Positions 1 to 8,579 of a stretch of 64,000 nt of DNA are shown here, piece after piece (positions within the stretch are counted from its first letter, which is position 1; each line of letters begins with the position of its first letter). The position numbers were made by a program, and so were the translations under genes. The notes beneath the pieces were generated by a model. It was not told the DNA's origin. It ran no database searches and saw only the letters and a list, made by a program, of their open reading frames with translations. The DNA is from Nitrospiraceae bacterium (GTDB lineage: Bacteria; Nitrospirota; Nitrospiria; Nitrospirales; Nitrospiraceae): NCBI GenBank assembly GCA_035250505.1, contig DATFFC010000088.1, positions 953 through 64,952 of the forward strand, written 5' to 3'.

Positions 1-16
1 CCTTGCGTCGCCCGTG

Positions 17-1405
17 CTACCGTTTCAACGTGAGGATGGTTTGCAGCAATTCGTCGGCGACGACGACGAGGCGCGATGCGGCTTGAAAGGCCCGTTGATA
101 CTTCAACAGGTTGACCAATTCTTCATCGAGCGAGACCCCGGAAATTTCGGCTCGATGCGCCTCCAGTTGCTCATGAATCATGTCCTGCGCGTTCAAGTCG
201 CGCTCCGCACCCTGCACCGCGGAGCCGACACTCCCCGCAACAGACCCGTAAAATTCCTGGAACGTCACATTGCCGAGCGCCGCCAGGCTACTCGTTTGGA
301 GGTTGCCGATCGATAAGGCGTTCGCATTGTTCCCCGGCACGCCGGCGGCCGTCGAAGATGCCGCAATCCTCTGAATATCGGTGAGCGTCACCTGCATGGT
401 TGCAGCCGTGGTGCCGCTCGCCGAAAAGAACGCCTGACCCGTGGACCCGTCCAACCCATAGCCCCCTTGATGCAGACTGTTCACTTGGGTGACCACGGTG
501 GAAGCCAATTGATCGAATGACGCCTGGACCGATGGAATGGTTTGATCCCGCACATCGAGCAGTCCTTTGAGGCGGCCCCCTGCAATAACCGAATTGAGCG
601 GGATCGGGCCTCCTCCGCCGTCATATTGAACGGTCAGCAGGCCGCTGTTTGATGGATCCGCTGCACCGCTGAGCGCGTAGCTGCGATGTTTGTCCACCAG
701 TACCTGCCCTCTGCCGATGAATACGCTGAGCCGGCCGGTGCCGTCATCGAGCGTCGAGATGTCCGCCAATTCGCCGAGCTGGTTCACCAGCACGCCGCGC
801 TGATCCCGCAGGTCGTTGGCCTGCTGGCCGCTGAATTCAGCCCGACTGATCGACTGATTCAACTCCGCAATGCGCGACGCCAATTGATTGATGTCGGTGA
901 TCGTCTGACCGATTTGCCCGTCCAGCGCCTGCCGTTGCGCCGACAGTTCGACGGCCTGTTGATTGAATCGGCTCGCCAACGTCCCGGCCCTCGACAGCAG
1001 CACGGTTCGGGCCGTCGCATCGGATGGATTGGTTGCGACATCTTGCCAGGCGCTGAAGAACTCATTGAGTCCGGCTGCCAGACCCTGGCCGTTCGAATCA
1101 CCGAACAAGGTTTGTACGCGAACGAGACCGTTGCGCGACGCTTCGAATTGTCCCCGGCGCTCGTGGGAAGCGGTAAGTTGGCGCTCCACGAATGCGTCGA
1201 CCGAGCGGCGGATTTCGGATGCCTGCACGCCGCTTCCCACCTGGCCCGGCCGGCCGTTCTGGGGATCCGTTTCCGTCAGAATCGTCTCCTGGCGCGAGTA
1301 GCCCGGCGTGTTGACATTGGAAATATTGTGGCCGGTCACGGCCAATGCGCGCTGAAACGCCGCGAGGGCCGAGGTCCCGATGCCCATGAGTGGTGTGAGT
1401 CCCAT
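17..1405 (-). CDS. flgK: flagellar hook-associated protein 1 (hook-filament junction) FlgK
   Basis: 462-aa ORF. The N-terminus (GIGTSALAAFQRALAVTGHNISNVNTPGYSRQE) and the C-terminus (LLKYQRAFQAASRLVVVADELLQTILTLKR) are the conserved terminal segments of flagellar axial proteins. Its size and its position after flgN fit FlgK. Confidence 0.9.
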   Translation of the reverse strand: MGLTPLMGIGTSALAAFQRALAVTGHNISNVNTPGYSRQETILTETDPQNGRPGQVGSGVQASEIRRSVDAFVERQLTASHERRGQFEASRNGLVRVQTLFGDSNGQGLAAGLNEFFSAWQDVATNPSDATARTVLLSRAGTLASRFNQQAVELSAQRQALDGQIGQTITDINQLASRIAELNQSISRAEFSGQQANDLRDQRGVLVNQLGELADISTLDDGTGRLSVFIGRGQVLVDKHRSYALSGAADPSNSGLLTVQYDGGGGPIPLNSVIAGGRLKGLLDVRDQTIPSVQASFDQLASTVVTQVNSLHQGGYGLDGSTGQAFFSASGTTAATMQVTLTDIQRIAASSTAAGVPGNNANALSIGNLQTSSLAALGNVTFQEFYGSVAGSVGSAVQGAERDLNAQDMIHEQLEAHRAEISGVSLDEELVNLLKYQRAFQAASRLVVVADELLQTILTLKR

Positions 1406-1408
1406 CGT

Positions 1409-1861
1409 CTAGCCTTTGATGCCGACGCTCTGCGGAATTCCTTCCACGACGGATCCGGTCGGAGAATAAAGAGGCGCCGATTCGGCAGACCGCTGCCACA
1501 GACTCAGACTACCCTGCAGGAAAGCAAGCGACTGCGCGATCAGCGCGGCGTTGAGCCGATTCATTCGGTCGGTGGCGCCGATCAGTTCGATAAGGCCCTG
1601 TTCCTTCAGTTCGAGTTCGGCCGATAGCCGCTCCGAGGCGGCTTCCAAAGAGGCGGCAACTCGGCGACGCTCTGCTTCGAGGTCACGAATGACGTCCAAC
1701 AGACGCGTCTTCCTGTCCGTGACATCTGAAAATTGACCGAACGACAGCGTCCGGATCGCCTGCTGCTCGTCCTTCAGCAGATCGTGAAATTGCCGGATGT
1801 TCTCGTGCATAAGATCCAGTACGCGATGGAGGTCGGCCGCACAAGTGGAGTCTTTAGGCAT
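1409..1861 (-). CDS. flgN: FlgN-like flagellar export chaperone
   Basis: 150-aa helical protein lying between flgM and flgK, the classical flgM-flgN-flgK order. It has an LLKDEQQAI-type FlgN N-terminal helix. Confidence 0.65.
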   Translation of the reverse strand: MPKDSTCAADLHRVLDLMHENIRQFHDLLKDEQQAIRTLSFGQFSDVTDRKTRLLDVIRDLEAERRRVAASLEAASERLSAELELKEQGLIELIGATDRMNRLNAALIAQSLAFLQGSLSLWQRSAESAPLYSPTGSVVEGIPQSVGIKG

Positions 1862-1935
1862 CGTTCACTCTCGTTGGATACTGCCGACCGGGGCTTGCAT
1901 AGGCTCGAAAGCCTCCGTTCGACGCATGAGATGTA

Positions 1936-2238
1936 TTAAAGGACGGAATCGACGAAGAGCTGCCTGATCATGGAATCGCCGACCTTCTTGCCGTCGATCG
2001 TGTACGTTCCGGCCTCCACCGATCGACGGATCTGCTCCACACGCGCTTCACGCGCAGGATCCGGCCGGTCGACCAGCTCCTTGATGTGTTGCAGTTCCTT
2101 GGCATGCTCCGAGATCTGGATGCGATCCTGCTGTCCGCCGCTCGCCTGGGGCGCTTGCTTGCTCTGGGTCCGATCAACCTCGTGAACCCCTAACAAAAAC
2201 TTGGCAAGTTCCGCCCGGTTGTTTCGTCCTATCTCCAT
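1936..2238 (-). CDS. flgM: anti-sigma-28 factor FlgM
   Basis: The C-terminal segment ARVEQIRRSVEAGTYTIDGKKVGDSMI resembles the FlgM sigma-28-binding domain. I set the start at ATG 2238, preceded by GAGAGGAG. A sigma-28-type promoter lies upstream. Confidence 0.8.
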   Translation of the reverse strand: MEIGRNNRAELAKFLLGVHEVDRTQSKQAPQASGGQQDRIQISEHAKELQHIKELVDRPDPAREARVEQIRRSVEAGTYTIDGKKVGDSMIRQLFVDSVL

Positions 2239-2298
2239 AACCGGCTCCTCTCTGCTCGTTTGAAGGCCGAGCACGAAGCTTGTTCCCCGTCGCTTCCC

Positions 2299-2326
2299 TT
2301 CTCGGCTGAAACGAGGGGAAACTTGA
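2299..2326 (-). promoter_or_regulatory. sigma-28 (FliA)-type promoter upstream of flgM
   Basis: The minus strand reads TCAA-GTTTCCCCTCGTTTCA-GCCGAGAA. The consensus is TAAA-N15/16-GCCGATAA. The element lies about 60 nt upstream of the flgM ATG. Confidence 0.6.
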
Positions 2327-2341
2327 GCAGGAGAGCCGGAA

Positions 2342-2668
2342 TTATTTGCCGGGGAGGTGCTCCTCTATGAAGCGGCTCAAACCGATCCCCCCCGCCTCGG
2401 TCGCGAGGCGCGCAATTTCTTGATCGTAAAAGGAATACCAGACCTGTTCCCCCTTCCGATCCAGAAAGCCTGTCGGAACGGTTTCTCTCATGGTTTTCAA
2501 GAGATAGGAAAGGAAGTAGGTCTCAAACTGCTGAGCCGCCTCACGCACCGAGTGGCCTGAGTCGCGGTGGAGCAACTCTTCCCCCTGCCGAAGGGCATCC
2601 GGCGACGGAGCCGAAATAGCGTCAAACTGATTCCACTGATGCAGGGACCCAATGATGTTTGTATCCAT
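2342..2668 (-). CDS. flgJ: rod-binding protein (single-domain FlgJ, no muramidase domain)
   Basis: 108 aa. The motif AAQQFETYFLSYLLKTMRETVP ... WYSFYDQEIARLATEAGGIGL is the FlgJ N-terminal rod-binding motif. It sits directly after flgI. Confidence 0.75.
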   Translation of the reverse strand: MDTNIIGSLHQWNQFDAISAPSPDALRQGEELLHRDSGHSVREAAQQFETYFLSYLLKTMRETVPTGFLDRKGEQVWYSFYDQEIARLATEAGGIGLSRFIEEHLPGK

Positions 2669-2687
2669 TTGATATACGGTGCTTGCG

Positions 2688-4001
2688 TTAGACTATTTCA
2701 AGATTTGCTTGAAGTGCCCCCGCTGCCCGGAGCGCCGAGAGGATGGCCACGAGGTCACGCGGCGTCACGCCGACGGCGTTGAGCGCCCGGACGACATCCC
2801 CCAAGGTGACCGTCTGGTCTACCACCATGAGGCGTGACTCTTCTTCCTTCACATCGGTCTGCACGTCGGGCGTAATCACGGTCTGCCCTTGACTCGACCC
2901 GATCACCGGAGCCAGCGGCTGGGACACATTCAAGGTATTCTTCACAGAAATGGTCAGATTGCCGTGAGAAATGGCACAGGTGGAGAGGCGCACATGCTCT
3001 CCTAATACGACCGTGCCGGTCCGTTCGTTGACGACGACCTTGGCTGGAACATCGACCGCCACGTCGAGACCCTCCATGGCAGCGATATATTCCACTACCC
3101 GCCCATGGAATGGAGCCGGCAGCGACGCCTTTACCAATCCCCCGTTCACCGCGACCGCCGTGCCCTTGCCGAACGTCCCTTCAATCGCTTCGGCCGTCCG
3201 GATTGCCGTCGTAAAGTCCGGATGCCTGAGCAAGACGGAAACAGTGTCCCACGAATCCAAATCGACGACGACTTCCTTTTCAACGATCGCTCCTCCCGGC
3301 ACCACTCCCGCCGCCTGGTGATTCTTGCTCACGGTCGAACCGCCGGCGCCTCCCGTCCCTCCGAGAAATCCGCCGATCGAAACCGGCCCTTGAGCCACGG
3401 CATAGACCTGCTGGTTCGGCGCTTTCAAAGGCGTGAGCAGCAGCGTGCCCCCCTGCAGACTTTTCGCGTTGGCCATGGAAGACACCACCGCGTCCACCGT
3501 CATGCCGGGCTTGATGAAGGGCGGCAGCTTGGACGTGACCATGACGGAGGCGATATTGCGCGTGAGCAATTGGATCGGATCGATCACTAGATTGATGCCC
3601 ATCTTGTTCAACATGGACATCATGGCTTGGATCGTGAACTGGCCGCCGATCACTTGGTCGCCCGTTCGATCCAATCCGACGACCAGTCCATATCCGATCA
3701 ATTGGTTCTCGCGGACTCCCTCGATACTCGCGACGTCCTTGACCCGTACGGCTTCGGCCGGCGTGCCGGACCAAATGGAGATCATGATGAAGGCAAGCGC
3801 ACCGATCAGGAGCCGGCCCGCCGATCCAGGCCGGCCCGCGGCCGGAGGCTGCTCGACCTGAGCTTGAGGCGGCGGCGTTTTCGGAGCGGTCAGGTATGGC
3901 GGATCGATCGTGGCCGGTCGTACCACGCCGCTCAACATCATCAGACGCAGCGATTGCATCACTAACTGGCGTCGCTGTTTCCGTCCCTGGATTGTCTCCA
4001 T
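2688..4001 (-). CDS. flgI: flagellar P-ring protein FlgI
   Basis: VRVKDVASIEGVRENQLIGYGLVVGLDRTGD plus a C-terminus ...ILSALRAAGALQANLEIV are typical of FlgI. The ORF carries about 70 extra N-terminal residues, so the true start is uncertain. Confidence 0.9.
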   Translation of the reverse strand: METIQGRKQRRQLVMQSLRLMMLSGVVRPATIDPPYLTAPKTPPPQAQVEQPPAAGRPGSAGRLLIGALAFIMISIWSGTPAEAVRVKDVASIEGVRENQLIGYGLVVGLDRTGDQVIGGQFTIQAMMSMLNKMGINLVIDPIQLLTRNIASVMVTSKLPPFIKPGMTVDAVVSSMANAKSLQGGTLLLTPLKAPNQQVYAVAQGPVSIGGFLGGTGGAGGSTVSKNHQAAGVVPGGAIVEKEVVVDLDSWDTVSVLLRHPDFTTAIRTAEAIEGTFGKGTAVAVNGGLVKASLPAPFHGRVVEYIAAMEGLDVAVDVPAKVVVNERTGTVVLGEHVRLSTCAISHGNLTISVKNTLNVSQPLAPVIGSSQGQTVITPDVQTDVKEEESRLMVVDQTVTLGDVVRALNAVGVTPRDLVAILSALRAAGALQANLEIV

Positions 4002-4037
4002 GCTGCTCCTTCGCTGGTTAGCTGCTCATTAACACAA

Positions 4038-4187
4038 GAGCCTATGGCCTATAGCTGATGGCGAATAGCACAAATGAAAACAAGGAGAGATGTCTAGGTC
4101 TGTGCCATACGCTATATGTCATTTGCCATTAGCCATCTGTTCTTGTCTTGTTCGTGCCATCAGCCATACGCCATCAGCTATCTGCTC
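4038..4187. repeat. dyad-symmetric heptamer-repeat element, copy A (flgH|flgI intergenic)
   Basis: The left block is CTATGGC-CTATAGC-TGATGGC-GAATAGC (NNATRGC heptamers). It faces two right blocks of GCYATNN heptamers, for example GCCATCA-GCCATAC-GCCATCA-GCTATCT-GCTC. Related copies occur at 18489-18638 and 28855-29016. Confidence 0.8.
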
Positions 4188-4198
4188 CTGTCCCACGG

Positions 4199-4909
4199 CT
4201 AAAACGGGTAGATCCAGTCCAAGATCCGCACCAGCCATCCGGGTCGCTGCACATCATCGACCACGCCCAGCCCGGAGTACTCGATCTTCGCATCGGCAAT
4301 CGCCGTCGATTGCACGGTATTCTTCGTATCGACATCGACGCGTCTGACCAGTCCTCCGATGACCATGATTTGCCGTTCCGAATTGACGGTAACCTCGCGA
4401 CGCCCTTCGATGCGCAGATCCCCGTTCGGCATGACTTGAGTGACAATGGCGGAAATCGTTCCAGTGAGGGTGTCCTCGCGATTGGTGGCGCCTTTGCCGC
4501 CGAACTTATTCTTGGCACTGGCGTCGATGCTGAAGCCACGCGTCGCCTCCGCTCCCAGCCGGAAGCCGGGAATACCGACGTAGCCGACTCCCCCGCTGCC
4601 GGTGAGGCTGTTGGAGATCGTTGAATCTCGTTCGGCGCTGGTGTCCGCGCTCTTGGATCCTTTGTGTTTTTCCGCAATTTTGATCGTGATGATGTCGCCG
4701 ACCCGCATAGCGCGCAGGTCTTCATAGAGATAGGCGCGGCCGTTTTCCTCCTGCCAGAGCGATCCCATCGTCTTCGGCGGCGGCAGGGGCGGCACTTCCA
4801 GTTTCTCTTTCGCGGTAGGCGATGAATGACAGGCTCCTAGGAGAACGGCGCTCAATATGATGAACGACACCGTCCGGCAAGCCGCGGTCCTCATGGTTTT
4901 AGAAGTCAA
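4199..4909 (-). CDS. flgH: flagellar L-ring lipoprotein FlgH
   Basis: It has a lipobox (LLGAC) followed by conserved FlgH segments: LYEDLRAMRVGDIITIKI, and GTISAIVTQVMPNGDLRIEGRREV. Confidence 0.9.
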   Translation of the reverse strand: MTSKTMRTAACRTVSFIILSAVLLGACHSSPTAKEKLEVPPLPPPKTMGSLWQEENGRAYLYEDLRAMRVGDIITIKIAEKHKGSKSADTSAERDSTISNSLTGSGGVGYVGIPGFRLGAEATRGFSIDASAKNKFGGKGATNREDTLTGTISAIVTQVMPNGDLRIEGRREVTVNSERQIMVIGGLVRRVDVDTKNTVQSTAIADAKIEYSGLGVVDDVQRPGWLVRILDWIYPF

Positions 4910-5702
4910 CGCGCACCACCCCCGGGCCGACGACTTTGGCCCGCACGTCCTTGCCCGAATCCGTGTTCGAAACCGTCACGGACTGCCCCAGTTCACCGTT
5001 GCCTTTGGTAACGCCGGCCGTTTGGATTGTCAGCCCGGCCGTTCTGGCCTCGATCATGACGCGATCACCTTTGCGGACGATGAACGGGCGCCGCAAGGAG
5101 GTCGACCGGATCGGGATCTGCGGAGGCAATGGCCGGGATGCGGCCTTCCCGACCACTTCTTGAGGGTCCGTCGCATAGGGAGATCTGAGATCGGACAAGG
5201 CGATACGTGTCGTAACCACATCCCCCGTCTCAATCTCTTCATCGGCTTTGATGAGCCGGACGGGTGTCAGCACGTCCACATAGGCCGCCACCTCGGTCGT
5301 CGCCTCGATCGTTCGATGAAAGACTCCGTTGATCGCGACATGAACCTGAAACACGCGCCGTCCGACGCTCTCGTCGCTGTCCGTCGAACCGACCGCAAAC
5401 GTGACCGCCCCGGCCGGCACGCCGATCGGTTGTTGCGGCTCGCCGAGGGTGACACGGACCTCTTGCACTTTACCGGCAAACTGCCGCTCCAGATGATGTT
5501 GGATCGCTTTGCGGATCTGGTCCGGATAGATCACTTGGCGGGCGCGCGCGCGCGCCGGTTTTGATGGAACTCCGTTGGGCTGTCCGTCGGTCGCGGACGT
5601 CTGTATGCTCTGATGAGCGTCGGCTGCGGCGACCACACCCATCGCTCCCCAGACGGAGCCGCTTGCCAGGAGTGCAATACTGATGATGGACGAAAGCATC
5701 AT
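4899..5702 (-). CDS. flgA: flagellar P-ring assembly chaperone FlgA
   Basis: It has a signal peptide and a C-terminal FlgA/SAF-like region (RPFIVRKGDRVMIEARTAGLTIQTAGVTKGNGELGQSVTVSNTDSGKDVRAKVVGPGVVRV). It lies between flgG and flgH. Confidence 0.8.
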   Translation of the reverse strand: MMLSSIISIALLASGSVWGAMGVVAAADAHQSIQTSATDGQPNGVPSKPARARARQVIYPDQIRKAIQHHLERQFAGKVQEVRVTLGEPQQPIGVPAGAVTFAVGSTDSDESVGRRVFQVHVAINGVFHRTIEATTEVAAYVDVLTPVRLIKADEEIETGDVVTTRIALSDLRSPYATDPQEVVGKAASRPLPPQIPIRSTSLRRPFIVRKGDRVMIEARTAGLTIQTAGVTKGNGELGQSVTVSNTDSGKDVRAKVVGPGVVRVDF

Positions 5703-5729
5703 AGGGTGATCCTTTTCCTCGTCTCCGCC

Positions 5730-6521
5730 TTACCGGCGAATGTTGTTCGCAATGGCCATCATCTCGTCGGATGCTTGAATGGTCTTGGAATTGATCTCAT
5801 AGCTCCGTTGCGCGATGATCATATTCACCATTTCTTCGGCCAGGTTCACGTTCGAGCTTTCGAGGAATCCCTGCTGGAGGACACCGAAGCCGGTGGAAAA
5901 CCCGCCGGTCCCCTGCAACGGCGGACCGGACGCAAAACTATCGAGAAACAAATTATTGCCCATGGAGACGAGGCCGGAGGGATTGTCGAACCGCACCAAC
6001 TGAATCTGCCCGACCTGCGACGCCTGCGTCACGCCGGGCAGGAGCACCGACACGGTCCCGTCTTGGCCGATGTCGATTTTCAGAGCTCCCGAGGGAATCG
6101 TGATGACGGGCGTGAGTTGATCCCCGTCGCCGGTGACGAGATTTCCGACGTTGTCCCGTTTGAAGGACCCGTTTCGCGTGTACATGATCGTCCCGTCGGG
6201 GCGCGCTACCTGAAACAGTCCCGGGCCGTCAATGGCCAGATCAAGCTCATTGTTGGTTTGCCGCATGTTTCCTTGCATCCATTCCTTGGCGACGGTCATC
6301 GGCCGAACGCCCGCACCGATCTGCACGCCCACCGGAAAGACGCCGACGTTGGATGCGTTTGTGCCGGGCAGCCGCTGGATTTGGTAGAGCAGATCGGCAA
6401 ACTCCGCTCGGCTGCGCTTGAAGGCGCTGGTGTTCACGTTCGCCAGGTTGTGGGCGATCGTATCGACGTTGATCTGTTGCGCCGTCATGCCGGTCGCGGC
6501 GGTCCACATCGCTCGAATCAT
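5730..6521 (-). CDS. flgG: flagellar distal rod protein FlgG
   Basis: MIRAMWTAATGMTAQQINVDTIAHNLANVNTSAFK at the N-terminus, and C-terminal LESSNVNLAEEMVNMIIAQRSYEINSKTIQASDEMM. 263 aa. Confidence 0.92.
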   Translation of the reverse strand: MIRAMWTAATGMTAQQINVDTIAHNLANVNTSAFKRSRAEFADLLYQIQRLPGTNASNVGVFPVGVQIGAGVRPMTVAKEWMQGNMRQTNNELDLAIDGPGLFQVARPDGTIMYTRNGSFKRDNVGNLVTGDGDQLTPVITIPSGALKIDIGQDGTVSVLLPGVTQASQVGQIQLVRFDNPSGLVSMGNNLFLDSFASGPPLQGTGGFSTGFGVLQQGFLESSNVNLAEEMVNMIIAQRSYEINSKTIQASDEMMAIANNIRR

Positions 6522-6546
6522 CTGTTCCTCCTATCCCGCATGCGGC

Positions 6547-7317
6547 CTACTGGACGCGGCCGACGTCATGAATGGCCGTCTCGGCCATTCGATCCAAGGT
6601 CTGCATCAGTTTCTGGGCGGATTCGTAGCTGCGCATTCCCTGAATCATCTTCACCATCTCGCCCAGCGCGTTGACATTCGATTCCTCAATATGCCCGGAC
6701 TGCACTCGCGGATGAGCCGCGGTCTGTGGTTGGCCGCCGGCGAAAAGCCCTTCCATATGCTTCTGCGGCATCTTTTCGGGAACAAACTCGACAACCTTCA
6801 GGGTTCCCACCGGCTTGCCGTCGACCTGGATCGCTCCTTCATTGTCGATGTGAATGGTGCCGGGCGGAATCTTGATCTCCCCCTTCAGGCCCATGACCGG
6901 ATAGCCCAAGTTCGATACGAGCCGGCGTTTGCTGTCGAGTGAGAACATGCCGCTTCGGGTGTAGCGCGGGCCCTGAGGTGTCTGGACTTCGAAAAATCCG
7001 CTTCCATCCACGGCGAGATCCAAGGGGTTGCCGGTGATGCGGATTCGGCCCGCTTCGAACGACGTGGACAAGACATGCGGTTGGACGAACACACGCTCCG
7101 ACGACCCTGCCGGCCTGGTCATCATCGACTCTGCCAGTCCCGATCCGTCGAGGGAGGCCGGGGCCGCCAGACCGGCGCGGCCGAGAAGGGTATGGAATGT
7201 CTGCTCGTCCTGCTTGAACCCTGCTGTGTTGACGTTGGCCAAATTGTTGGCAAAGACTTGGAGTTGGCGTTCCTGAGCAATGGCTCCGGAGAGAATCGGA
7301 TAGATGGCTCGGTTCAT
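6547..7317 (-). CDS. flgF: flagellar proximal rod protein FlgF
   Basis: It has rod-protein termini (LANVNTAGFK ... IEESNVNALGEMVKMIQGMRSYESAQK), is 256 aa long, and lies immediately upstream of flgG. Confidence 0.88.
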   Translation of the reverse strand: MNRAIYPILSGAIAQERQLQVFANNLANVNTAGFKQDEQTFHTLLGRAGLAAPASLDGSGLAESMMTRPAGSSERVFVQPHVLSTSFEAGRIRITGNPLDLAVDGSGFFEVQTPQGPRYTRSGMFSLDSKRRLVSNLGYPVMGLKGEIKIPPGTIHIDNEGAIQVDGKPVGTLKVVEFVPEKMPQKHMEGLFAGGQPQTAAHPRVQSGHIEESNVNALGEMVKMIQGMRSYESAQKLMQTLDRMAETAIHDVGRVQ

Positions 7318-7358
7318 AGCGTCAGCTTTCTGTCAAACATGGTTCCGGTGTTGTGTCT

Positions 7359-7374
7359 AGCAATCGATATGCCA
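7359..7374 (-). promoter_or_regulatory. sigma-54 promoter (-24/-12) upstream of flgF
   Basis: The minus strand reads TGGCAT-ATCGA-TTGCT, a GG-N10-GC element. It lies 42 nt upstream of the flgF ATG. Confidence 0.7.
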
Positions 7375-7594
7375 CAGTGGACGACTCTGTGATGGCCTGA
7401 ATGAACAGCGAAGCAACCGGCAGGCCGTGCGGCAATCAGTCGAAAAGTCCCGCTTTTGATGCCCGCGCTATCGTGTCGATGTCGATGAAGCAGCGAGCGA
7501 GAGGAGAAGACGATACCAACGGGGAAGAGTTTGCCATCCTGCGCGGAAAACTTTACCTAGCGGAGAATTGACAGAAGTGCAGTGGGAGGCTGCG

Positions 7595-8398
7595 TCACTG
7601 AATCGGAACGCCGGTCAACGATTCGGAGGATTGCGTAGTGGGGTTGCTCGGTGCTCCATACACCACATAGCTTTCGGTCCTGGCGTGCGTAACCGCGTGT
7701 GTCGCCAGGTCCAACAGTCCTGCCGCATCCGTCGTATCCAAGGACAGGCCGATCCCGATCCGGCTGGTGAGAAAGAGCTCGCGTCCTTCCAGAATGAAGG
7801 GCAATGAGATGGTCGCCTGCATTTTCGTCGCCACAGCCTCGACCTCGGATCTCTCGGCAATGTTCTCTATCAGCGCGGCAAACGAGCGGTCCCCCAGCCG
7901 CGCGACGGTCTCCGTCGTGCGCAGCGCGCTTTTCAACCTGGCCGCCTGGACGCGATAGAGCAAATTACCATGGGGTGCTCCGTGCCGATTTGCTTCCGGA
8001 GCAAAATGGTCCAACTCCACCATGAGAATCGCCACCTGCCGGCCGACTTTCCTGGCACGCAACAGCGCTTGGCCGACGAGCGTCATGAACAGACGTTTCG
8101 TCGGAAGGCCCGTCACTGAATCATACGTGGAGAAAGCCGGAGGCTCAGCACGGACACGATCGGTCCATGGGAACAGTTTGACGCGCTTCAGGAGGAAGAA
8201 CAACCCGGCCGACAAGAGGCCCGCGCTGCCGACCGCCCAAGCCAGGTGATGGGATTTCTCGGAACTGTCGGTGACGTATCGTTCAAGACCCCGGCAGGCC
8301 TGCAGCATCGCCATTGCGCGGCCGGGCCAGATCCATGCGGAGCGAGAGGGCACCTGGGGATCGGACTCATGCTCATCGGGACGGCGTGATCGTGACAT
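7595..8398 (-). CDS. membrane-anchored degenerate GGDEF-domain protein (active site GDRSF)
   Basis: The GGDEF fold is recognisable (DSVTGLPTKRLF ... ILMVELDHF ... VARLGDRSFAALI ... TSRIGIGLS). The GGDEF signature is replaced by GDRSF, and the I-site position reads RTTE rather than RxxD. One predicted N-terminal TM helix. The start could be ATG 8398 or TTG 8407. Confidence 0.75.
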   Translation of the reverse strand: MSRSRRPDEHESDPQVPSRSAWIWPGRAMAMLQACRGLERYVTDSSEKSHHLAWAVGSAGLLSAGLFFLLKRVKLFPWTDRVRAEPPAFSTYDSVTGLPTKRLFMTLVGQALLRARKVGRQVAILMVELDHFAPEANRHGAPHGNLLYRVQAARLKSALRTTETVARLGDRSFAALIENIAERSEVEAVATKMQATISLPFILEGRELFLTSRIGIGLSLDTTDAAGLLDLATHAVTHARTESYVVYGAPSNPTTQSSESLTGVPIQ

Positions 8399-8445
8399 CG
8401 TACTCAACGAATGGGGGGATTTCGGAATAGTCCGCTCTCCTCAGA

Positions 8446-8473
8446 GTATCGGCGGGCGATAGCGAAAACTGTA
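8446..8473 (-). promoter_or_regulatory. sigma-28 (FliA)-type promoter upstream of the degenerate GGDEF gene
   Basis: The minus strand reads TACA-GTTTTCGCTATCGCCC-GCCGATAC. It has the same N16 spacing as the flgM promoter and lies about 48 nt upstream of ATG 8398. Confidence 0.6.
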
Positions 8474-8524
8474 GCTAGACTGATTGACACGATAGTCGTT
8501 TTCCGCTGCGAAATAGATCGCTTT

Positions 8525-8578
8525 CGCCAACCTGCTGAACGAAAGCAGCGCGGGTTCGGCTTCAACGAATTGTTAGGT
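8525..8578 (-). repeat. attC-like imperfect palindrome c (3' of the lipoprotein cassette)
   Basis: The minus strand reads ACCTAAC-AATTCGTTGAAGCCG...CGTTCAGCAG-GTTGGCG. It starts 1 nt after the lipoprotein stop codon. Its 5' half is nearly identical to the site at 9601-9660. Confidence 0.5.
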
Positions 8579-8579
8579 G

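Noticed and set aside
4038-4187. Possibility that the repeat clusters (and those at 18489-18638, 28855-29016 and 8525-9774) are CRISPR arrays.
   Set aside because: There is no regular alternation of 24-40-bp repeats with unique spacers. The units are 7-nt tandem repeats in dyad symmetry or 50-67-nt imperfect palindromes flanking ORFs. There are no cas genes.
4090-4624. ORFs 4090-4347 and 4148-4624, with peptides such as AICHLPLAICSCLVRAISHTPSAICSC.
   Set aside because: They are translations of the tandem heptamer repeats and of the antisense strand of flgH, so they are not genes.
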